Below, one piece after another: positions 37,873-47,201 of a stretch of DNA of 47,201 bases (the first letter of the stretch is position 1; the number at the start of each line of letters is the position of its first letter). The position numbers were made by a program, and so were the translations under genes. The notes below the pieces were generated by a model. It had not been told where the DNA came from, did not search any database, and saw nothing but the letters and a program-made list of their open reading frames with translations. Origin of the DNA: Craspedostauros australis (lineage: Eukaryota); the NCBI GenBank assembly GCA_030167865.1, contig JALAGF010004517.1, positions 1 to 47,201 on the forward strand, in the 5' to 3' direction.

Positions 37873-40673
37873 CTAAGCGATCTTCCACATTTCGTTGAAA
37901 CGCACGACCTCCTCGCCCTTGGCAATGTCCTTGGTTGCAACCATGAAGACGTCGAAGGAGAGGCGGTGACGCTCGTAAACTGGAGAGTACTTTGGACGGG
38001 CATTGTCGGGGTGGGCTGGGATCCAGCGTCCGACGTTGGACTCGCTGGCGTTCTCCACCGATCGGATGAGGTAAGAGGCGCCGATCTCGACGATATTGTG
38101 GCCGCTGCCCTGCGCCTTCGACTCGTGGCCGAACTCCTCGATGTACTTCACGAAATCCTCAATGACAGTGACTCCACCGTACTCGAGGTTGCCGCGGAGG
38201 CCCTTCAGAGTCTCGTCGGATAGGACGAGAGAGCTGGCCAAGTGGCTTGGCATGATGAAGGAACCCTCTGGGATATCGACGTTGGCATGCACGTATGTCT
38301 CCACGATCTCTTCGTTGTCCTCGGACCACTTGGCGGAGAGCTTGAAGTCGCCCTCGTCCTCGTTGGCGATGTTGTACTCGAAGAGTTGCTTGTCCATGGG
38401 GAGGTGACGGTAGTTGCATTCGAATGGGGTTGGCTCGCGACGGCAGTACACGGTCTCCCATGCCTTTGGCGCGACCTGGTAGCCGAGCTGAGTGACACCG
38501 TCGAAGTACACCAAGGCACGTTCCTTGGATTGGGTGCGGACGATGCGGTCGTAGATCTCGTAATCAATGACGTCTGCGGATGCGTACCATCTGCTGCGGC
38601 AGGCAGCGTCCTTGCACACCACGAGGAAAGCTCGTGGCTCCATGAATCCGCAGTGCGCATCCTCGTACACGAACATCGCCTCAACCTCGGGAAGGGCCTC
38701 AAGGGTCTTGAAGAGCATTTCGCGTGGTGCGTTGATGCCGATGTCTGGGCGTGGGTCGTTGATGGCTGGTGCGCGACCGATCTGGATCGCCAGAATACCG
38801 TCATCCGACAAACCATTCATGATGGAGGAGAGCACGCTGGAATCGTCGTACAGGTTCTTGGAGATGGCGCGTGCGACCTCTGGTTCGATGGCATCCATGA
38901 TGACGACGTCGAACTTGTGCTCTGGCGCTTCCTTCGTAGGATTGACTCCGTATCTGTCGACGAACCATTGTTTTGCTGTCGACGAAGAGGGATGGATTTG
39001 TAAGAAGGAAAAGCAAGCGTTGCAATGTGTTGGTTGGTTGGAAGACAGCAAGTTAGTACACGTGTGTGGAACAAAGGACCACTCGTGGTCGGATACAGTA
39101 GAGAACCATACGAATATGAATGCACACACATTTGGATGCCCCAAAATCCACCATGCAATGAACTTACCGTCTTCCTTGACGACGGAAACAATCTGGTCAT
39201 CGAAGCAGACATCGGCGCGACCGTCGAAGTCGGTGCAGTTGGACATGGCCGGGACAGACTCGCGGACGATGTCGATGAGCTCCGCGTCGATCTCAATCAT
39301 TGTGGCAGACTCCAGGGTCTTGTGCTTGAGGACTTCACGCAAGGTGGCACCTTCTCCGCCACCGACGATGGCGACATGCCGTGGCTTTGGATGGGCGAAC
39401 ATGGCCGGTTGGACCATGGCCTCGTGATACTCTCTGAAGCTGCCAGTGTCGGACTGCAGCACACCATCGAGGAAGAGCATGCGGTCGGGAGTGACGAGCT
39501 CGGATGTGGTCCAGCGTGGATCTCCGGGCTGGAGATCGTGCTTGATGGCATCCTCGTACGATGGAGACTCCTCAACGCCCACGACGTCCCACACATCGAC
39601 GCGCTGGTACTTGGTGAGGGTGCTGACGATCTGTTCCTTGACGGTGCAGTCGAATGGCGACCAGACGATCTGCGAAAGGTCGGAGTTGTGGTCGAGCAGG
39701 GCAAAGTTCTCCTCCTTCTTGTTGCCGCGTCTGAACCCACGCAGCTCATGAGACCACTGCACCTGGACACTTTCGCCAATTCCGAAGAGACGCTTGATGT
39801 CGTTGACGACCGGGATGAGGGGGTTGGAACCGCAGGTGAAGAGGTCGAGGGTGATGACACCCTCATCCGGCCAGGTGTGGAAGGAGATGTGGCTCTCGAG
39901 CAAGACGCCGACACAGGAAACTCCCTTTGGCACGAGGGAATGGCAATGATAGGAGAGCATGGTGAGGCCAGCAGAAGTGACGGCATCCACCATGGCCTTG
40001 GAGAGGCGTTCTTCAGAGTCCAAGAAGGCGCCCTCGATTCCCTTGATGTCCACCAACAGATGCTGTTACGTTGTGTTACGTTATGTTATGTTGCGTTATG
40101 CATGGCATGACATATAATATTGTATTATATAATATAATGTAAGGTAATATAATAGATGAATAAAAGAGCGGAGCAGGAAGAGCATCAGAGTGTGGTACTC
40201 GCAAGCATTATATGAGGTGAGTGATGAGATGAAGACGGTTCCATCACGACGATACTAATACTACGTTGCATACCACCACGTTGAGTCTGCCTCCAACAGC
40301 CGAGGATGCTTCCATTCCTCTCCTCATCGAGATCGCAGAGAACACAGAGAAGAAAGCAGAGGGGTGAACAGCGATGCGAACGAGAACGTACCTGTCCAGC
40401 GGGTTCGTGATCACCATCGACACCGTGCTCCGGGATGACAGGAGAGTCAATGATGGTGGAGGAGACGGCTGGGGTCGCATCCTTGACGACCGGTGCGGCC
40501 TGCTGCTCGAGGACAGCGGAGGCGGCGAAGAACTCGTGCTGGGCCGGCCCCATGGCAACCCCCAAGGTGAAGGAGGCTGCCATGGCCACCGTGATCACGG
40601 CCAAGAACACGCGAATGTCCATGGTGAAGCGCTCTGGCTGCGCTGATGCGCTGTTTCCGTTCGAATCCGCCAT
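37873..40673 (-). CDS. S-adenosylmethionine decarboxylase - aminopropyltransferase - SET-like fusion with N-terminal membrane anchor (candidate long-chain polyamine synthase); exons 40673-40392, 40062-39168, 38975-37873
   Basis: EPAGQ|HLLVD and GVLLESHISFHTWPDEGVITLDLFTCG (prokaryotic-type AdoMetDC with E-S autocleavage site). LFLDGVLQ, YHEAMV, IVGGGEGATLREVLKH, IEID and FDVVIMD (spermidine synthase-like). VHANVDIPEG...VATKDIAKGEEV (SET-like termini). Both introns join in phase. Confidence 0.93.
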
Positions 40674-41605
40674 CTTCGTTTGCTTGCTTCTTTCCACGCT
40701 CTGGACTTGTGTTTGCACAGTATTCTATGATATTGTGATATTATACTATACTATACTACAGAACACTACTATATGTCAACTGACAGGGCGCTCCGACTTT
40801 GCTGCTGTCGCTGTTACTGCTACTGCCTCAAGTTTTGATCAACACGACGATGTGATGTTTGAGCAGTGATGAAATCTATGATGATCTGCCCAACCCTGAG
40901 ATTGGCGGCAAGTCGAGAAGAGAAACAACGAGCCCCAAACCGCGCTGCGGCAACCATGACAACACGACAAACGCTGTCACTGCTGTCATCACCGCGCGGC
41001 TGCGTGAATACTCTCACGTACTTTTCAAACTGCGCGTGGTAGCTCGTGTTCAAGTGGAATCGCGAGACGCGCATACACAACCAATGCGCTCCTCTCTCAA
41101 TTTGATCTTGTCTCAACGGAGTCTCATACATGTCTTGTGCGACACACATGCTGCTTTTGTCTCGGATTTGCGACCGTTGAAACCACACTCATGATTACTT
41201 CGATCGCTGTTGCGTGCCTCTGGAACAGATTGAGTCTGCTAAATCGACTCGACCAGATGAATCGTGCTCGGAACATCTGCAGAACAACGCGATGACAATG
41301 GCGCTTCCTGTTTTTCGCGCGCATTTCGCAACGGTCCTTTTCAATGTCTGTTTCTTGGTTGTTCGACCGCGCACTCCACTCCACCATCTCTCCCTCAATG
41401 TGGACATCCATCGAGATCGCCATTGCACCGACGCTCCATCACCGACAAGCGGCCATACATACCTATTCTATAATAGATCGTATTCTATTATACCAGTACA
41501 ACTCCTCGTTCAATATCTCACGCATACTTGCACAAATACTAATACTAATACTAATACTGATACTGATACTCGGACCATACTCTCGCAGCAATCGCATCAA
41601 AGAAC

Positions 41606-43036
41606 ATGGGGGGACTGGATGGCATCACGAGACCATCGTTGGATGGCTTTCGCAAGGCATCGAGCGGCGCCCTGGATCAAGCCAAGCTGATGGTGGGACT
41701 CAAGAGCCAGGAAGAGGTGGATCAGGAGCGACGGGCGGCGGAAGCAGCGGACCAGGAGTCGCAGCAATCGGAGAGATCCGGCATCCTCATGGACGTTGGG
41801 GATCTCCTGTGTCCCGACCTCACATTCCAGCAGGTGCGTTCCGCATGTATTTCATGCACTATCAGTGCTCCAATGATATATATTATATAATAGGCTGGAG
41901 CAATCTCAGCGAAGTGCGGCTTTCCACTTGGCCACCTCGGAGCTTTTTTCCAAATCGCTTCCCTAGCCTCACACAGCATTGTCTGTCTCGTGCTCCCTTC
42001 TTTGCTACTCTCCCTCCATGCCACGCAATACATCATTATGAATGCCACATGACCTTGCTACCGACGCTGCTGACCATCTAATCGTCAACGTGGACATGAA
42101 CATCAACGTGGACATGAACGTCAACATGGACATGCATGTGATCCTGGTGACAACCATACCCGTACTTTCCACGTTACGCAATCAACAAACACACACATAC
42201 AAACACAAAACAGAGAGTCATCGGCTTTGGCGTTTGCTTCGGCGTCGGTTGTGAGTCAGAAGCGAATGATGAGGTGGAAAGAGACTGCGTGATCATATGG
42301 AACCACAGATGACAAGTCGCTCTGGCGAAGAGCAAGGTGCAAAGCATTGTATTGTGCCATCATGTTCGTGCGCTGCTTCAATCTGTTTCATTGGAGAAAT
42401 CATCAGGATCAATCTCATTGAATTGCATGTGTCATAGAGCATGCGTTTCTTCATCGACACATGGATAGGTATGAGTAACTCACCGTACACTCTCCATGCT
42501 GGGATATCTTGTCTTCTCTTCCTCCTCCTTCATCATCGCCATCATCTTCTTCTTCTCACTGAAATTCCCGGCAATTATCAACCAACGACGACAACCACAA
42601 CGACAACATTGACAACAACGACAAAACAAAACACACAGATCTCATCACGTTCATGTCATTCAAATTCTTCATCCAGCTCGTTGAAGGACGTCCTGTACCC
42701 TTCGCCCTCAACTACACTCTTGGACATCTGCTTTCCCTTGGAGCCAGCTGGTTTCTCTGCGGTCCCAAGCGACAATTCAACAACATGTTCGACAACAAGC
42801 GCAAATGGACCTCGGTGGTCTACCTCTCCTGCCTCGTCATCACCTTGGTGCTTGTCTTCATACCTCTGCTCTGGGAGCTCAAGCTATTCCTACTCATCAC
42901 GTGCATCATGGTCCAATTCTGCGCCAGCTGCTGGTACTCGCTCAGCTACATTCCCTACGGACGCAACACGGCAATACGCATGGCAAAGCGGACGCTGGGT
43001 CTCAACGAATCACCAATACCGCTTGTGGAGACGTGA
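41606..43036 (+). CDS. SFT2: Got1/Sft2-family vesicle transport protein; exons 41606-41833, 42214-42250, 42639-43036
   Basis: Spliced product CPDLTFQQ|RVIGFGVCFGVG|YLITFMSF...FALNYTLGHLLSL..SWFLCGPKRQFNNMF...WYSLSYIPYGR carries the family hallmarks. All junctions are GT-AG and in phase. Confidence 0.92.
42085..42134. repeat. About 3 copies of an 18-nt unit (TCAACGTGGACATGAACA) in SFT2 intron 1
   Basis: Read directly from the sequence. Confidence 0.85.
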
Positions 43037-43262
43037 ACGATCAGGATGGGAGAGAGTGCAGTTCCATACAATTCTAGAGTACACGCGAGGATGGCGTACG
43101 AAGAGTATTTGTAGCAGAACACGATACGTATTGATAATGTTGGTATTGGTAGCTTCGATCTCCGCTCGATTGCTTCTTCACTTTCCATCCCTCTTGCTCT
43201 CTCTCTCTCTCTCTCTCTCTCTAGAGATTTGTGCTCTGCTTTGTTCTGCTCTCTATAGTTGC

Positions 43263-45323
43263 TTACTCCACCGGCGTTGCGTACCAATTGAGCCATTCGA
43301 CGTGATGCAACAGCTCATGCGCTCGGTTACACCAAATTCGAAGTGTTTCCACGTCCAATTCCACATCCACTTCTCCTCGTGCCTTCGCAAAAGCAGTATC
43401 GGACGACGCCTGCTGGATTGCATCTATCAACATCTCCGGAATGCTTCGCCACGCGGCTAAATCCTTGGGCGTTCCTGTTCGGGCGTGCATGGTGAGTTGC
43501 TCCACAGCGGGCAAGTTGTTACCGCATACCTCCACCATGATCTCACCCACTGATTCGCCCTGCGCGAAATCAACCCAAGTCTGCACCTGCTGTTCTGTCA
43601 TCTTCAACCGCTGCGCCAAAGCGGGAACGTCCGTCACGTCGGCCAACTGCCTCCAGTTGTGAATATCTATCTCTGCCTCAAGCATTGCGTCGATCAGATG
43701 CTGCAGTCTGTCTTCATCCACGCTACCAACATCGCCGCAGCTGCTGTCAACAACACCTTCCTGGGACATCGATCCTGGGAGCCTTGGAGGAGCTTGGCGA
43801 ATGCACTGCTCCAGTTCCTCGCGGTCAGTTTCAGATGGCGTGACGAGATGCCAACTCCGAGATGGTTCCGCAGTATCATCGACGTTGCCGCCTTGCTGTT
43901 GCGGTTGATGGTCTCCCTGTCCCCGCTCGCGTTGCATCCGGGCCTCTGCTGCTGCTGCCATTTCGGACGTGCGCCTCGACCGTTCGCTCTGCTGCAAATG
44001 CTCCATGGCATGTTCCACAGCCAGAATTGCTTCGGCTGCGCCCGCCGCACTGTTGGCAGCGTCTTCGCTGTTTCCGCCGCCGGCAGCGTGCTCGATGCTT
44101 TCCTGCTGTCGGAGATTCTCCTTGGCCTTGGCCGACAGCTGGACTGCCCGACGGCGCAAAAATGACCAGTCCAGGTCCGGCAAAATCAGTCGCAAGCAGT
44201 CATCGACCGATGGATGGTTGGGGAAGTGGTGCACGAGACTCCAAAGTACCCTGGGAGAGAGCAGGGAGAGATTCTCGGGACGCAACGCTTCACGGTTGGA
44301 CGCGTGGATGCCTTTGATGACAGCCTCGAGGACTTCGCGGGGAATCGAATCAACGGACTCCGTAATCTTTCTCTTGTCCACGGATCCAGAAAAGCTGACA
44401 ACGAACGTGCCCGTGGTTGTGGCCTCAGTACTTCTTCCATCACCACTGTGACCGTTCGTTGTGATAGTATACTTGTCGGATTGGATGGCAGCCAGTCTGG
44501 CAAAGGCTCGGCTGGTTTCGTAGCTGGATTGCACCGCATTTTTCATGCCCTTGCGAAGGACCTGGCCCATCTTCCCCTTGTGATTCAATGCATCCAACAA
44601 CGCCTCCGACATATCCGAAGAGTGCTTCTGCCTTGCCAACGGTGACGACGCTTTGGAACCGGCAACACGTCGCCGTTTGGATGAAGGATTCTTTACAATC
44701 TCGCCACTATCCAGGCGTCTCCCATCTCCTGCTGCTGCGCTCAGCCGCGCGCGTGCCGGTCGCTTTGCGGCAGCGGATCGCGCCGATGGCTTCCTCCCTG
44801 CTCTTGCTGATGCTCCAAAGCCTGCTACATTGCCCCCTGCCAACGGTCCGGTGGACCGGTTCTGTCTGTTCGAAGACCTGGAATTGGAACTTGATCTACT
44901 CGTCTGCTGCTGCATCGCATCCTCTTGCGCCTTGATGATTGCCGGCATCGCCGCCGAAGCACGCTTGGATGCCGCACGTTTGGACCGTTTCAGCCCGGTG
45001 CTGGTGGTGACTGTGCCTGCATTCGTGCCATTCGCTGTATCCACGTCTGAACTTCCATTCACACTGAACTGCACATGAATCCTCTCCTGCGGTTGCACCA
45101 CGCTTGACACTGTCGCCTCCGAGGAACGCGACAGGGACTTTGGGGGGAACCCGCACTTCAAACTGGAGACTTGCAACGACCCTCCAAAGGAAGAAGACGC
45201 AAGATCGTGCAGATCCTTGAGGGAGGCCGTCTTGGAGATGGAAGCGACCTTGCGCCCCTTCTTCGACACAAAGCAGATGGATAGAGCATCGCTGCTTTGG
45301 CTGCTTGCGCCGTCACCACTCAT
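43263..45323 (-). CDS. Uncharacterised protein with N-terminal UBX/ubiquitin-like domain and C-terminal HhH-like repeats
   Basis: Long intact ORF; probable start MSGDGASS at 45323, since the upstream part of the ORF contains a (CAA)n microsatellite and looks like UTR. The segment ASLKDLHDLA...LKCGFPPKSL resembles the OTU1/YOD1 UBX-like domain. Confidence 0.75.
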   Translation of the reverse strand: MSGDGASSQSSDALSICFVSKKGRKVASISKTASLKDLHDLASSSFGGSLQVSSLKCGFPPKSLSRSSEATVSSVVQPQERIHVQFSVNGSSDVDTANGTNAGTVTTSTGLKRSKRAASKRASAAMPAIIKAQEDAMQQQTSRSSSNSRSSNRQNRSTGPLAGGNVAGFGASARAGRKPSARSAAAKRPARARLSAAAGDGRRLDSGEIVKNPSSKRRRVAGSKASSPLARQKHSSDMSEALLDALNHKGKMGQVLRKGMKNAVQSSYETSRAFARLAAIQSDKYTITTNGHSGDGRSTEATTTGTFVVSFSGSVDKRKITESVDSIPREVLEAVIKGIHASNREALRPENLSLLSPRVLWSLVHHFPNHPSVDDCLRLILPDLDWSFLRRRAVQLSAKAKENLRQQESIEHAAGGGNSEDAANSAAGAAEAILAVEHAMEHLQQSERSRRTSEMAAAAEARMQRERGQGDHQPQQQGGNVDDTAEPSRSWHLVTPSETDREELEQCIRQAPPRLPGSMSQEGVVDSSCGDVGSVDEDRLQHLIDAMLEAEIDIHNWRQLADVTDVPALAQRLKMTEQQVQTWVDFAQGESVGEIMVEVCGNNLPAVEQLTMHARTGTPKDLAAWRSIPEMLIDAIQQASSDTAFAKARGEVDVELDVETLRIWCNRAHELLHHVEWLNWYATPVE

Positions 45324-46060
45324 GGTTGCAATGCGATGTTTTCCAATGCTAAGCAATGATGTGCGATGGAGCGCAGCCTCTGTCAAGGTGTGGGTTTTGA
45401 GCGATCGCAGATGTTCGAAGCGCGAGAGTTGTGCGAAGTGTTGTTGTTGTTGTTGTTGTTGTTGCTGTTCTGAGTCTGCGTCAAAACTTCCATCTCGCTT
45501 GGTTTCGAAATCATCTTTTTGTGTCAGAAACCGACCTAAACAATTGCTTCTTCCATTTTCATGGATGTTTCTCACAATGTTACAGAAATGATGAATAATA
45601 TCCACGACTGAAAACAGATTGATATGAAAATAAGACAGAAAAACAATAAATTGGAGCTATGTCCGATAACAAGTTCCTTTAACACGAACAAGTGCTCGTC
45701 GAAATCTGCTTCCCCATGATGAAGGGCCAGACGGAACATGTGTCACACAGTGTATTCGTAACAAGCCTGCAACGAAACAAGAGGCAGAACAGCGCGCTGT
45801 GGCCGTGGCGGACGGAGATGGACAAAAGAGAGAACGAGGAGGCCTCTTCGAGGGTAGAGAATACCATGGATTCCATACACGTATAGTACCATAGAAGTGC
45901 GAATAGTGGCGGTGGTGCTAGTGACATCATCGCAGACTATGTCGATCGGGTTGACGAGGAGCGGTGGTTCAGAGAGACACAGAGACAGGGCAGTTCTGCG
46001 CTTTGCCCCGTTGCGATCTCGATTTGGTTGTTCTCGTCTCGTTACGTTACCAACATGTCG

Positions 46061-46148
46061 TCAATCAATCAATCAGTCAATCAGTCAATCAATCAGTCAG
46101 TCAATCAGTCAATCAGTCAATAGATAGATAGATAAATAGATAGAGAGA
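46061..46148. repeat. (TCAA/TCAG)n followed by (TAGA)n microsatellite
   Basis: Read directly from the sequence. Confidence 0.9.
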
Positions 46149-46581
46149 ATATGTTAGATGGTATGTACAGGCGCCCACGATGGAACCGAATGGAATGAAT
46201 GCGGTTCCTCCCGCAATGGTCGGTTTGTGGCTATCCGTCTGCGAAACTTCGCCGAAGAACATGATCGAGATCTTTCGAATTCCGACGAAGCATCTGCTGG
46301 CATCTTCTGTGGTCGTCACTATCACAACATGAGTTCTGGCGATGTTCAGAACTGTTTTATTCAACTCTCTGCATTGCATCATGCTCACATACGAGGACTT
46401 GTGCTAATGCTAGTGCATGTGCTTCTGTTTGTGCTTGAACTATCACATCAACAGCATCTTTCTCGATCTCTCCCCATGTGTTTCTTTGACCAACCATCCT
46501 GATCAGCTCACAAAAAGCAATCTTCCAACAACCAAAAGCGCAACCGCAACAACAAATACTCCTACTACTCCACCAACAATC

Positions 46582-46689
46582 ATGACCACTCAAGAAGGCA
46601 AGATCTATCTGATTACCGGTGCCAGCTCCGGAATGGGCAACGACGCTGCCCTGTACCTGGCCTCCAAGAATGCCAAGGCTCTCACCCTT
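46582..46689 (+). CDS. N-terminal fragment of a short-chain dehydrogenase/reductase (interrupted, or first exon)
   Basis: MTTQEGKIYLITGASSGMGNDAALYLASKNAKALTL contains the TGxxxGxG Rossmann motif after an A/C-rich 5' UTR. SDR-like sequence stops at about 46690. Confidence 0.8.
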
Positions 46690-47201
46690 GTGCCTTATGC
46701 CAGCAGACGATTGAGGGATAATTGTAGATTATGATTACCTTCCTTCCTTCTTGCCTCCACCTGCTCTACTTTGCGTTACTCCACAAGTAGCGCACTCTGC
46801 CATGCCGTCTCTGCTTANTCCGTGCCTGTTCCAAGAACCACGCCTGAATTCCAAACCTGCGCCACCTGGTCGCTCATTTACTTGCTTCCATGTTTTGGCA
46901 TCAAGTTTGGTGGTGGCATGTTTTCCATATGTTGGCCCTGCAGTTACGACTGAGTTGAGTCTTGCATGGTTGGACTCGACTGACTGGTCTCAGTCACGGA
47001 CGTTACCGGACTCGATCCAGTGCTGGCAACAGTAGATACATGACTGGACTCAATTGGGAGACTAGGATATTCTAGCTAGTTATCAGTCTAGGTCATTCGC
47101 TTCCCGATGGGCACTACTCGAAGAACGGGGTGATCCGGCGTATGTTGATGCGCTCGGTGATGATACCCTTTCGGACTAGGAGTGTCCCATTCGTAAAGAC
47201 T
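46689..47201. other. Non-SDR sequence after the SDR break: possible mobile-element end, long intron or assembly join
   Basis: Coding signature is lost abruptly at TGTGCC. There is an N at 46818 and short imperfect inverted repeats around 46950-46995. No recognisable transposon protein motif. Confidence 0.3.

Noticed and set aside
37873-40062. Bacterial contamination or recent HGT of speD/speE
   Set aside because: The gene has spliceosomal introns, host-like codon usage and a eukaryotic anchor; such fusions are an established diatom feature.
45324-45605. Poly-Q N-terminal extension of the 780-aa ORF
   Set aside because: It starts at a non-ATG codon in AT-rich sequence with a (CAA)n microsatellite and is more likely 5' UTR or promoter.

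Overview
Eukaryotic, GC-rich nuclear DNA with GT-AG introns. It is almost certainly from a diatom: it carries a full silicon transporter (SIT), an AdoMetDC-aminopropyltransferase-SET fusion and bipartite plastid presequences. I can support about 15 protein genes. In order: a 5'-truncated type II membrane protein; an HMG-box gene with an in-frame TAG; SIT; a transmembrane RING-H2 E3; a TKL-like kinase; a TM/beta-helix-like protein; a plastid branched-chain aminotransferase; an MFS_5/MOT2 transporter; a large F-box-like + kinase protein; TFIIH p44/Ssl1; an Iwr1+ankyrin protein; the polyamine fusion; SFT2; a UBX-like protein; and an SDR that breaks off near the right edge. The most notable points are (i) two biosilica-linked genes about 31 kb apart, (ii) a kinase with a WNK-type displaced lysine fused to an F-box-like motif, (iii) a stop codon inside an otherwise intact spliced HMG gene, (iv) two stop-free, frame-preserving introns inside catalytic domains, and (v) a possible insertion in the SDR. 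Exon boundaries were read by eye and family calls come from motif recognition; no database searches were run.
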